Under the pieces are notes generated by a model, which made no database searches, had not been told where the DNA came from, and saw only the letters and a list, made by a program, of their open reading frames with translations. A DNA stretch of 64,000 nucleotides from a virus, in IMG/VR virus record IMGVR_UViG_3300009285_003054, positions 24,726-88,725 of that record; one strand, written 5' to 3'. Shown piece after piece: positions 8,662 to 17,683 of this stretch; positions within the stretch are counted from its first letter, which is position 1; each line of letters opens with the position of its first letter. A program made the translations under genes and the position numbers.

Positions 8662-8967
8662 ATGGCAACTTTATGTGTGACTAATGATTGTCGATTCCCT
8701 AAGAAGTAGCGGCTGATTAGATTACGGAGTCTAGGTATATATTACCTGGACAGATGAGCAGAGTTCGGTTTGAGTAGTAGTGTGTGGGATTATAACCGTG
8801 TATGATTCCAGTTACGAATACACCACACCGAGATCCCGTGAAGTGTTAGTCGTCTGTTAATTCTTCGTCCTGCTCCAGGCTTGTAATCTAGTAGTATCTT
8901 ACAGATGTTTTATAGTGGTCTGCGTGAGCTGGTCTGGATATAATCCGGAGAAGACTGGAGGTGTCAA

Positions 8968-9348
8968 ATGGATGTAACTTCTGTGGAGGTGTTCGAGTGG
9001 CTACCCAAAATCGGGTCATTAGCTTTGGTCATTCCGATGCTGCTCTGGGCAAAGGGGATGATCGAATCACTGATAAAAGAAGATCGGGCTGGAAAACAAC
9101 AATTAAGCGATCGGCTACTGGAGATGATTCAGAACTCAGTCGAGGGAGTACGCTCCGATGTCAACGGCGCAATTTCGTCATTACGTCAAGATATCGAACA
9201 AATAGAGGAGAAGCAACATGCGTCAGAGCGCAAGGTGTCTGGGCATCTGATCGAAGTCAACCACCGAATGGACCTACTGGATACCAAGCTAGGCCCAATC
9301 CTAGACAGCGGGGATGTGCGGAACAGACGGCTTGGGAAACCCGAGTAG
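8968..9348 (+). CDS. Single-TM plus coiled-coil membrane protein (holin-like, unproven)
   Basis: GGAGGTG RBS. Hydrophobic segment IGSLALVIPMLLW followed by a heptad-rich helix. Confidence 0.7.
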   Translation: MDVTSVEVFEWLPKIGSLALVIPMLLWAKGMIESLIKEDRAGKQQLSDRLLEMIQNSVEGVRSDVNGAISSLRQDIEQIEEKQHASERKVSGHLIEVNHRMDLLDTKLGPILDSGDVRNRRLGKPE

Positions 9349-9350
9349 TC

Positions 9351-9449
9351 ATGCTAGTAATGACTGCTGGGGCGGCCACTAGACTGGCTTCGTTAGTGTG
9401 GTATGTGACTACTGTATTGTCTGTGTTCCTACTGTTCTGGTGGGTGTAG
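9351..9449 (+). CDS. Possible 32-aa hydrophobic peptide (MLVMTAGAATRLASLVWYVTTVLSVFLLFWWV)
   Basis: Starts 2 nt after the previous stop and is strongly hydrophobic. RBS is weak. Confidence 0.3.
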   Translation: MLVMTAGAATRLASLVWYVTTVLSVFLLFWWV

Positions 9450-9454
9450 AGCAT

Positions 9455-9949
9455 CTATTTCAGGGGATGGGCGTATTGCACCACACTAAACCCATTTACT
9501 ACTGCTCGTATAGCATTTCTGATACGGCGCCCCACAACACTGGGATCTCTCCTACAGATTCCATCCGAAAACACCAAGCATAGCACACCAACCCTAGCAT
9601 ACTCCCGCTTTAAGTAGAGTGCCTCGGGTATAGTATGATACTTCCCAAACCCAAACACCTCAACTACTAGGAGTGGTAAGCCAAAATCTTCCCAACCATA
9701 GGCGAAATCAGGATGTTTTCGCCACGGTCGTTTAGGATCAGGAAGTTTGTATTCCATATACCGCTTGCGGAACCTCCCCCCGCAGGGATGGAATAGGGGG
9801 ACGTAGAGATCTCGTCTTCCCACCAAGCAAACCAACCCGGGAATTGCTAGATCTACCACAGCTTGCTCACTTTTATTAGGGAGCCCGTGTCGGTTATACC
9901 AGCGTGCGCCTCGATGATACCTGCGTCTTTTGTGTCTAGGTGCTGTCAT
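9455..9949 (-). CDS. Vsr/DUF559-like PD-(D/E)XK endonuclease
   Basis: PNKSE...HPDFAY...LLVVEVFGFGKYHT...EYARVG. Clear paralogue of the C-terminus of 44156..45142. Start uncertain (ORF track gives 9994). Confidence 0.7.
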   Translation of the reverse strand: MTAPRHKRRRYHRGARWYNRHGLPNKSEQAVVDLAIPGLVCLVGRRDLYVPLFHPCGGRFRKRYMEYKLPDPKRPWRKHPDFAYGWEDFGLPLLVVEVFGFGKYHTIPEALYLKREYARVGVLCLVFSDGICRRDPSVVGRRIRNAIRAVVNGFSVVQYAHPLK

Positions 9950-10454
9950 GTCCACACTTCGAGTACTCTCTATTGACCCCGGAAAGTCTAACACGTGGTA
10001 TACCTGCTGGGAAGGGAGGAAGTTAGTTCATTCGGGGAGGTTTGAGACTCCGAGTACCCTCCGTGAGATATCCTCGCTGTGCTTTCATCAGGAGGTAAAA
10101 GTGTTGTTTTCTCGAATGAAGATGCAGTCCGAGGACCATCTTGTGTTAGAGAGGTACATGCACCGAGCGGGTAGTGGTGGGAATGTATCCGAGATTATGG
10201 GGGCTATCATTTGGACGCTGGCCACACTGGCTATTTCCGCAGGTATAGCGGTGTACATGTACACCGCTTCAGCCCATAAGAACTCCTACAGGCGGTTTCA
10301 TACAGCTCTGTACCCCCAAGGGATCCTAAAGAGAATAGGGCAGATACATGGGACATTTCACCCCCGGTTGGGTCGGACAGATCCCTGTGAGCACGTAATT
10401 GACGCCGGGACTTTGGGTGTGTATCACATCCTCAAGCATTCCGAGAAGATTTAG
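9948..10454 (+). CDS. RuvC-like Holliday junction resolvase
   Basis: VLSIDPG, LVLERY and HVIDA acidic motifs with RuvC spacing. Confidence 0.8.
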   Translation: MSTLRVLSIDPGKSNTWYTCWEGRKLVHSGRFETPSTLREISSLCFHQEVKVLFSRMKMQSEDHLVLERYMHRAGSGGNVSEIMGAIIWTLATLAISAGIAVYMYTASAHKNSYRRFHTALYPQGILKRIGQIHGTFHPRLGRTDPCEHVIDAGTLGVYHILKHSEKI

Positions 10455-10463
10455 GAGTATAGA

Positions 10464-11120
10464 ATGGTAGATCAGGTCACTCGGGCGACACATACTTCTT
10501 TGCGGAAGGTCTTTAAGGTAGAACTTGTAGACGTAGGTACACTCTCCAAGGTCATCCACACGTGGGATAATGAGGTACCTGGGTATACCCGTGTCGGCAT
10601 ACTGGACCTAAAGCGAGGGGATCTGTTTCGTGTAGTGGATAATGATTGCACTCCTGAGTGTGGGGGTCGTCTCCACGAGTTACATGAAAATGGTATGTTT
10701 ATCTATCGAGCAGACAGTGATGGGGTGGCCATGCCACCCCCTGCCGAATCCGTGGTGCAGCTCACACCTGTCTTCTTTGTGAGTCCGCCATACACACCAG
10801 ACAACGGGAAATTGTTCGAGGTGTTCCCATATGCAGCTGACAAATCTTGGTTTGGGTTACTGTTACCAAGTTTCGATATCAGAGCTACCATCAATGTTTC
10901 TTTAGAAGATATTCAACAAATCCGACCTATGTGCTGCGATCGTGCTAAAAGTGGTGTGGTAGTCTATCGGCATTTATTCACTGTGGGACTACGTCTCCCC
11001 GGATGGTGCATAAATGTCAATCAGTCCGGAATCCCTGCCGGAATCCCTGGTGGGGAACTAGAGGGAGTTCAATACTGTCCATACTGTGGGGAAAAACTCC
11101 CAGATGTGGAGTGTGGCTAG
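10464..11120 (+). CDS. Hypothetical protein with C-terminal zinc ribbon
   Basis: AGGAG RBS. Ends in WC...YCPYCGEKL. Confidence 0.7.
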   Translation: MVDQVTRATHTSLRKVFKVELVDVGTLSKVIHTWDNEVPGYTRVGILDLKRGDLFRVVDNDCTPECGGRLHELHENGMFIYRADSDGVAMPPPAESVVQLTPVFFVSPPYTPDNGKLFEVFPYAADKSWFGLLLPSFDIRATINVSLEDIQQIRPMCCDRAKSGVVVYRHLFTVGLRLPGWCINVNQSGIPAGIPGGELEGVQYCPYCGEKLPDVECG

Positions 11121-11874
11121 CCGAATGACACATATCATTAATCGTAACCTGCTACCTGCTGCGCGTGCAGCAGGTACTCGTGTATTACAGCGCTACCAGT
11201 TGCAGTTAAGGAGTCAATCCCTAGAAACCGATTTGGAATCACTCATCGGGGTATATTTTACAGCCCCTGTAGATTTCCGTAGGATCATCGAGAAGGTTTT
11301 TGAGATTCTGGGTTTGGTAGAAGTAATTAGTGCACTCAAGACATCCACACATATAATGGGCCTTACACATGCTTGTGGTGTGCTACACACCGTAGTAGTT
11401 TCTCCATGTGCAGATAAGGGTTGTCGCTTCCACAAGCATAACCAAAAAGAGAGTCTTAACTGCCTATTGGTATACTCAAGGGGGAATCCGTTGGGTGTTA
11501 ATCAGATTGCAGAGTTTCTGGGGGAGCCCAATGTAAAAGAGATTATCAAAGCCGCAGTTCAAAAGATGCGGCATGCGTCGATCAACGCAGCCAAGACCAT
11601 AGCGGAGCTGAATGAGGATTTTGTGTTCCTTCACAACCTACGAGTATGTGGAAAGTGTGAGAGAAGGATAAAATCTAAACCGTATAAAGTGATCGACGGG
11701 GTGGCTTTTTGCTCCGAGCACTGTACTACTGTTTCCCCACCTGAGCATACACTACTAGAGGCCCGTACCGGAATATGTGCAGCTACCCTGCTGCAGTGGG
11801 TGCGAGAAAACTATACAACAACTGCTGCCGCAGCGCAAGCCATGGGTGTCCCCGAGGCGATTCTGCGAGCATAA
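11086..11874 (+). CDS. Putative DNA-binding protein (sigma region-4-like HTH plus Cys/His clusters)
   Basis: LGVNQIAEFLG...IKEIIKAAVQKMR-type HTH (NVKEIIKAAVQKMR), plus CxxC and C...HC motifs. Likely start 11125. Confidence 0.55.
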   Translation: MGKNSQMWSVASRMTHIINRNLLPAARAAGTRVLQRYQLQLRSQSLETDLESLIGVYFTAPVDFRRIIEKVFEILGLVEVISALKTSTHIMGLTHACGVLHTVVVSPCADKGCRFHKHNQKESLNCLLVYSRGNPLGVNQIAEFLGEPNVKEIIKAAVQKMRHASINAAKTIAELNEDFVFLHNLRVCGKCERRIKSKPYKVIDGVAFCSEHCTTVSPPEHTLLEARTGICAATLLQWVRENYTTTAAAAQAMGVPEAILRA

Positions 11875-11896
11875 GGGATCACAAAAGGAGTAAAAC

Positions 11897-12976
11897 ATGG
11901 AAGAACGTACACAGATGGGTATTGCTGGACGAATCCACCGCATGACCACTGTAAGTGATCGGATCGGAGAGCGGCTGCAGGCAAAGATGAACGATCGTGT
12001 CGGAGCCCGCCCTGACCTGTACTTGGGAGACTACCGAATGGCAGGTGCCAATCTGGCCACCGTCGCCATTGGCTACAACCACGCGGATTACGGAACCCCC
12101 ACTACATCGGAACTCTCAGAGTTTGTGATCAAAGCCAGTCTTGGAAGGCTCCGACCCCACGAGGCCACCCGCAGAGACAACTCAGGACGGAACACCATCA
12201 CCCTCAACGTGGTGCACCAACGACCCTTCTCCCCCTTCTCCGAGATGCAGAGTCAACTTGCCCCCCTTGGAGGCAAACGGTATCTGCATGCGCAGACTAA
12301 CGATGTCTGGGAGCTGGAAGATCAGGGTGGGTCCCCTATCGTCTACCGGGTTGCTGAAGAGAATCTCTCGGAAGTGCTCAGCCAGATGACCGGGCAGCTC
12401 ATTCACCCCAGCACCACCCGGGTGGCATACACCGACAACGAAGGGACCCCTTACCCCTCCGCTGGAACACAAGTGAAGTTCTTTGGGATCGATGGACATG
12501 CCAGGTTGGCTACTGTAATGTCCGAGCCGGATCGCGAAGGCAACATGCACATCACAGGGGAGCAGTGTCCCCCACGAATCCATGTCAACTCCGTAACTGA
12601 GGTATTCCGCACCGCCGAGTTGGATGGGGTGGTGCAGGACAAGCTGGAGAAGTACTTTGCAGAGATGTTCGGAGACGCGCAGTACGCCAAGGATCTCGTC
12701 CGCCAAGCATCACCACAACCCCAGGTGGGTACCGGTGAGCAGTTGGTAGCGTTTCTGACTGACGGGGGGCTGTACGATGTCAACGCAGCTACCATCGCGT
12801 TGGACAACATGAAGCGTACCCCCGGACAAGTCCACAGGCTGGGTCCGCAGAACGCATCGAGTATGGTGTTGGCGGCATACAACGGAAACGGCTTCGAGTG
12901 GGAAGTGGATACCGACGAAGCCGTGAAGGCATTGCAGGGTGGCAAGCAGACAAACAACCCTTTCGTACAGCAGTAG
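11897..12976 (+). CDS. Probable virion/head protein
   Basis: AAGGAG RBS, long clean ORF, carries the FRTA motif shared with head proteins. Confidence 0.6.
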   Translation: MEERTQMGIAGRIHRMTTVSDRIGERLQAKMNDRVGARPDLYLGDYRMAGANLATVAIGYNHADYGTPTTSELSEFVIKASLGRLRPHEATRRDNSGRNTITLNVVHQRPFSPFSEMQSQLAPLGGKRYLHAQTNDVWELEDQGGSPIVYRVAEENLSEVLSQMTGQLIHPSTTRVAYTDNEGTPYPSAGTQVKFFGIDGHARLATVMSEPDREGNMHITGEQCPPRIHVNSVTEVFRTAELDGVVQDKLEKYFAEMFGDAQYAKDLVRQASPQPQVGTGEQLVAFLTDGGLYDVNAATIALDNMKRTPGQVHRLGPQNASSMVLAAYNGNGFEWEVDTDEAVKALQGGKQTNNPFVQQ

Positions 12977-13254
12977 CTCGGAAGAAAACCGAGCCAATCC
13001 CGGTACCCTGGGTAGAATACGGGCATAAGTTCCATGTGTACAGTGACCCAGAGATACCTCCGAACACCATGCAGAGAATCGTGAAGAAGGTATACGATGT
13101 GGTTCAAGATGACTGTGAAATCAGAGTAGAGACCGATCGGAGTGGTATGGCCTACGTCGACGTTGTTGCCAATGGCCGCAAATACTCCGGGGACTTCCAC
13201 CTTCGATCAGATAAGCAAGCCAAATACTTCCAACTCACTCCCGCCAAATCGTAA
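12898..13254 (+). CDS. Hypothetical protein (start uncertain)
   Basis: Fills the space before the 13277 promoter and overlaps the upstream gene end. Confidence 0.45.
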   Translation: MGSGYRRSREGIAGWQADKQPFRTAVARKKTEPIPVPWVEYGHKFHVYSDPEIPPNTMQRIVKKVYDVVQDDCEIRVETDRSGMAYVDVVANGRKYSGDFHLRSDKQAKYFQLTPAKS

Positions 13255-13276
13255 CCCAGCACCCCTTCTTTTTTGC

Positions 13277-13305
13277 TTGACATCCTGTTGCCTTCATGCT
13301 ATACT
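13277..13305 (+). promoter_or_regulatory. sigma70 promoter TTGACA-17-TATACT with extended -10 TG
   Basis: Read directly. Lies 46 nt upstream of ATG 13352. Confidence 0.85.
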
Positions 13306-13351
13306 GACCTGGACAGTGCGCAAAAGTAAACCTCTAAAGAAAGGGACGAGG

Positions 13352-13981
13352 ATGAAGAGCAAGACCATGGCATCCACAAAGGCAAAGGTAGACGCAGAAG
13401 TTGAGACGTTCGTGGAGGAAAACTATGAGACCATTGTGAGGCTTTTGGCCAAAAAACAGGCTAAACACCAGCGAGCACTCGCACGCCCATCTCTACGTCT
13501 GTTACTGGCTGAGCGGTTTGCGAAGTACTACATAGGCGCAGAGGATTATGTCGCGTGGGATGCAGAGGGTGGTGTAGGGGGTTGGATTCATCGTCCTTCC
13601 GCCAGAGCAGCACGCGCAAATGGAGCTACTCGAGTACATGCCACCCGGTACCGAAGCCCCTCTGATGGAGAGTCCTACCCCATCCTTACTAAAGAGGATG
13701 CGTTGAGAGCGCGTGCTACCTTGTCTTTTGGATGCGACGAGAGACCTGTTAGGGTGTGCAAGTCCATGGGGGCTATCCACATGTTGACGACCATTTCCAA
13801 TGCTACCCCCCAGACAGTGGACGCCCTCGAGGATTGGTGGCACACCTGTGAGGGAACACCCTGGGCGGACATGGGAGTATCTGTGGATGTGAAGTCAGAC
13901 AACATGATAGAGACTGGCGAGATCGAAATCTCTATCTCCTACATTGCGAAAGAGAGTGTCCTCACGCCTGACCAGCTCTAA
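13352..13981 (+). CDS. Hypothetical early protein
   Basis: First gene after the promoter. Start reassigned from 13142 because the promoter lies inside the longer ORF. Confidence 0.7.
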   Translation: MKSKTMASTKAKVDAEVETFVEENYETIVRLLAKKQAKHQRALARPSLRLLLAERFAKYYIGAEDYVAWDAEGGVGGWIHRPSARAARANGATRVHATRYRSPSDGESYPILTKEDALRARATLSFGCDERPVRVCKSMGAIHMLTTISNATPQTVDALEDWWHTCEGTPWADMGVSVDVKSDNMIETGEIEISISYIAKESVLTPDQL

Positions 13982-14075
13982 TCCCCCATCCTCCAACAAC
14001 ACGCTAGTCATCTCCTCAACAGTTATACTTTGCTTGTTTTCTCACCATCTCTACCCACATAATGGTTACTATTTC

Positions 14076-14558
14076 ATGGACCCCCGAGACTTGTTCCACG
14101 CCAGTGGTCAGCAACGTCTATCCGGCACTACCCGCGCGTTGCTGTTGGTAGCCGCCACGTCCCTAGAGAGCCATATTCTCTTTCGTAAGCTACCCCCTGC
14201 TGTGCAGACGCATGTGGGGCGCAGAGTCCAGCGGATGGCATTAGATGGTCAAGCTGTCACATTGTTTGATACCGAGCTGGTGGTACAAAATCCACCCCCT
14301 CCAGAGGTTACTAATCCTTGGAAATGGCGTGCTACTAGACCAGTCCTACGCACACTACGGGTCCCACGTTTCGCACTGGAGTGCGACTTAGTCTGGGTAG
14401 CGTATACCACCCGGGATCTCTCTTTGGTGGATGTATGTGACTTGGTACGCACATTGCGAGTGTACGCCGGGGTAGATAACCTAATCAGCTTTGTAGGGGA
14501 AAAAGGGGTAGACGCTCTTTCAGCAATCATCCAGAACACCCTTCCGAGGATATCATGA
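14076..14558 (+). CDS. Hypothetical protein
   Basis: Stop overlaps the next ATG (ATGA). Start reassigned from 13944. Confidence 0.6.
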   Translation: MDPRDLFHASGQQRLSGTTRALLLVAATSLESHILFRKLPPAVQTHVGRRVQRMALDGQAVTLFDTELVVQNPPPPEVTNPWKWRATRPVLRTLRVPRFALECDLVWVAYTTRDLSLVDVCDLVRTLRVYAGVDNLISFVGEKGVDALSAIIQNTLPRIS

Positions 14559-14980
14559 AAACAAAGGTAACCATGAGTCGTATTAGCCGAATAATCAATA
14601 AATACAGGTTACAAGCAGATTTCGTAGGCCCACAAGGGAAAGCGTATCACAAGCAACTATTGGATGGTGTCTTTCGGATTCCTGTCAAACGTGTACGGGA
14701 GTGGATCCAAACCCAGAACGACGGAGATCCCAGCCGTGGATACAAGCTGCTCATGGACGGCACGGAGTTAGAAGATACTGATAGTGTCCCAGTAGGAAGT
14801 CGGCTCGTAGAATGGTCGGTAGACAAGGGTAGACGATTCAGTTATCAGGTTTTAGTGGGGAGGAAAGGGGTCAAGTATCTGGGGGGGAGAAAAGGGTTGT
14901 ATCGGGATAGTACTGCACATAAGCCTATTGCGATGTGGATCGACAGGCATCCTGGGGGAGTTCACCGTTCCCGCGAATGA
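14555..14980 (+). CDS. Hypothetical protein
   Basis: GAGGA RBS, operon-like coupling. Confidence 0.7.
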   Translation: MKTKVTMSRISRIINKYRLQADFVGPQGKAYHKQLLDGVFRIPVKRVREWIQTQNDGDPSRGYKLLMDGTELEDTDSVPVGSRLVEWSVDKGRRFSYQVLVGRKGVKYLGGRKGLYRDSTAHKPIAMWIDRHPGGVHRSRE

Positions 14981-15004
14981 AGGTTCCTACAACGGAGGAT
15001 ACCC

Positions 15005-16306
15005 ATGCTGCCGATAGAAACAGTTAAAATCAGACGCCTTTTCCGAAATATGCTTAGGGATCTAGGTACTGCATTAGAAAGGTCATCAGAGGACTATGCG
15101 ACACTTCTGAACATACAACATGTGGTAGAGGTAGTAGGCGGGATACTAAATGTCGAAGTGCCAGCTAGTCTCTTAACCCCACCAGAACGAGTGTCCGATC
15201 GCACACTGTCGCTAAAGACAGCTACATTTAATGAGATGGTAGCAGATGCTGTCGCTTGGCACTACTTGCAGTTGCGGATGTCGGAAGATCTAGAGAACGA
15301 CAAAGCACTATCGTTCAAACACTCAAAAACTTCAACAAAAACCGAGTTAGATCGTTGGCTGATGCGGCGCTTCAACCTGGAACACTATGAGGCCCGATCA
15401 GTAAGTAATAGCGCAGGGGAAGAACGTGCGTGCGATGCTGGGAGTGATGGTATCCGCTGGTTGAAACGTACACCTGCACCACGATTCTCTGATTATCCTG
15501 ATCTGGAGCAGATGCGTAACGATTGGTTGGCTAAACTAGAAGCAGCTGGGAAAGGAGATAATCCGGGGAAGGCACCGGTAGACAAACCGAAACCCAAGGA
15601 TACTACCCCGGAGCAATCCGAACTGATAACCACATATGTGCTGACCCTTCGACCGCTGATGTCAGCTGCGCTCCCTCCTGGATTCATAACCACCGGGAAT
15701 CGCACAGGGTACCCATTCGGAACCGTCACTTACCCCGATTCATTACCCCGTAAAACCGCCAAGGATCTGGGGTTGCTGCAAGTGATATCCTCCGAGGATC
15801 TAAGGGCGTATATAGAGTTCTACCTCGAGGAAAAGGTCCCATCGGAGTATCTCCAGACGTATGTCGACGAGGCTGATACCCTACCCACGCTACTCCAAAA
15901 TGTTCGAGACTACTTGCGGGATCACTGGGCCTTGCTTACTGATGATATCACATTGAGTATGGTATACAAGATAGCCAGAGATATGGTGAGTGGAAAGTCC
16001 GCAAAAACACTCCCTGTAAAGTCACCGCCTCTACCACTAGCTCAACTCAAGATGGCACCTGGTGTAAGGTTGGTTGTAGTAACTCCTTTCCATATTCGGC
16101 CAAGAGTGAATGATCCTGGTGCCTACGTCTATGTTCCGCACAAATTTGTCAAGCAAGACAGAGATACTCGGATTGCACCGGGAATCGAGGCTACATACTT
16201 GGGGTGGGACCCCCTCTCCACACGGTTTCAACTCCAAATAGATGGGATCGACAGTATGGTTCGGCTCCCAGGTAGTGTACGGGTATTTCGACTGAGTGAG
16301 GAGTAG
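15005..16306 (+). CDS. Protein with DarA C-terminal-like (defence against restriction / polyvalent protein) domain
   Basis: GGAGG RBS. Central YVLTLRPLMSAALPPGF...YPFGTVTYPDSLP...KDLGL matches the recalled Y.l..RP...a.P.g....G.v.Y...L DarA_C pattern. Confidence 0.55.
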   Translation: MLPIETVKIRRLFRNMLRDLGTALERSSEDYATLLNIQHVVEVVGGILNVEVPASLLTPPERVSDRTLSLKTATFNEMVADAVAWHYLQLRMSEDLENDKALSFKHSKTSTKTELDRWLMRRFNLEHYEARSVSNSAGEERACDAGSDGIRWLKRTPAPRFSDYPDLEQMRNDWLAKLEAAGKGDNPGKAPVDKPKPKDTTPEQSELITTYVLTLRPLMSAALPPGFITTGNRTGYPFGTVTYPDSLPRKTAKDLGLLQVISSEDLRAYIEFYLEEKVPSEYLQTYVDEADTLPTLLQNVRDYLRDHWALLTDDITLSMVYKIARDMVSGKSAKTLPVKSPPLPLAQLKMAPGVRLVVVTPFHIRPRVNDPGAYVYVPHKFVKQDRDTRIAPGIEATYLGWDPLSTRFQLQIDGIDSMVRLPGSVRVFRLSEE

Positions 16307-17395
16307 ATGCAGAAAGTACCACCAGAACAAAGTGTAGCTCAGACGCTCTTCATCGACCTCTTAAAGTCCCCAAGTATGGCGGCATTTGACAGCCCCAAAG
16401 ATGTGTGGGGAGTAGAGAGATTACAAGCCATGCGTTCGGTGGAGGCATTACATACTCTGCTGCAACCTCCTGTACGGATTGTCATCCCCCCAGCCTCCGA
16501 AGAACTGCATCATCTGGCGGGTTTGCAAGGGAAATTCGATGTGCTATGGAAAGGACACTTCAAACTCTACTACCGCAAGGTATATTCTTGGATAACGATC
16601 GAGGAGCACCTGAGCAAACTGATGGGGATCTTGACTCAATGTGAGCAACGTTGTGTCGACGTAGGTGTACGCTTCCGAAACACCATTCCTTGTTATGTGC
16701 AACTCCAAATCAAGGGCGGACACGCCGGAGTACTGGCGCATTACATTTATATGCAAGGATATGGCGCACTTGTTTTCTCGTTGAAATCGCTGGATCGTGC
16801 GGATACCTTGAACACAGTAATCCACGAAACGGCACATTACATCCATCACAACTGGATTCCGGGAGGTTATAACAACCCCGTAATCGTAGAAGGGTATGAA
16901 AATCATAAGTTGGATGAGGATACTGGAGGATCTCGCACCAAACGCTCGATTGATATGTTGGAGAAAATCAAGGCGGATTATCTACTAGCTGTTAAACAGT
17001 GGTTCAAACACCACGACCCTGGTGGGATGTTGGTTCGTAGTAAACATGGTAGTAAGACATTTTTCCCGGATTTTGTGTACATCCCTAGTGGTGGTAGGGA
17101 TCAACTTCCTGCGATAGGTTATATGACAGCGTTCAGTGACGGTGGGCGTATTCTACTCGAGTTCCAGCGTAGAATCGATGACTACAACAAGGATGCAATC
17201 CAGCTGCAGAGGGGTGAAGATGTCACGTATCTTCGTGATTGGCTGAGCACTTGGGTACCATCAGACTATGCGAAGACCAACGTGATGGAGTGGTTTGCGG
17301 AGGTGTTTACTGCGTGCGCGTTACACCCGCAGACTGTTGATTCGAAAGTGTTAGCGTGGCTGGAGAAAGTGTTGAAGCAGGTACCCACCAAGTGA
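16307..17395 (+). CDS. Zincin metallopeptidase (anthrax-LF-like/MPTase type)
   Basis: VIHETAHYIH (HExxH) and distal SDYAKTNVMEWFAEVF third-ligand motif. Confidence 0.75.
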   Translation: MQKVPPEQSVAQTLFIDLLKSPSMAAFDSPKDVWGVERLQAMRSVEALHTLLQPPVRIVIPPASEELHHLAGLQGKFDVLWKGHFKLYYRKVYSWITIEEHLSKLMGILTQCEQRCVDVGVRFRNTIPCYVQLQIKGGHAGVLAHYIYMQGYGALVFSLKSLDRADTLNTVIHETAHYIHHNWIPGGYNNPVIVEGYENHKLDEDTGGSRTKRSIDMLEKIKADYLLAVKQWFKHHDPGGMLVRSKHGSKTFFPDFVYIPSGGRDQLPAIGYMTAFSDGGRILLEFQRRIDDYNKDAIQLQRGEDVTYLRDWLSTWVPSDYAKTNVMEWFAEVFTACALHPQTVDSKVLAWLEKVLKQVPTK

Positions 17396-17416
17396 GAGTA
17401 TAAACCCCCGATACCA

Positions 17417-17617
17417 TCAGATCTTCGTAAGCTTCTTCCCATCCCACTTGATCCCCATTTGCGCAAGGATTTTACCCGGATCACTACTCGACAGGTCAAT
17501 GGCTTCTTTCATCGCCATCTTCTGGTAGTCCGGCTTCCACTTGAGCATGGCCAGACCGACTTGTTTGGCCACCGGACCCCGGTGACACAGGGAATACCCG
17601 TAGGTTGCGTGGGGCAC
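17417..17617 (-). CDS. Small hypothetical protein
   Basis: Short ORF. An in-frame upstream RBS+ATG (17656) is cut off by a TAA (see findings). Confidence 0.45.
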   Translation of the reverse strand: MPHATYGYSLCHRGPVAKQVGLAMLKWKPDYQKMAMKEAIDLSSSDPGKILAQMGIKWDGKKLTKI

Positions 17618-17683
17618 AATGATGCCAAGCGGTTATAAATAGCTGAATGGTTGCATGTTTCCTCTGGGTAGGTATTTGGGGGA

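Noticed and set aside
8892-8904. 13-mer TAGTATCTTACAG shared with 44141-44153 (reverse complement), both intergenic
   Set aside because: With only two copies, a 13-bp match is within chance expectation for this much sequence. A third partial copy (20281) falls inside a probable small ORF.
17634-17641. T4-type late promoter TATAAATA
   Set aside because: Single copy, on the strand opposite to the local genes, and not found before structural genes.
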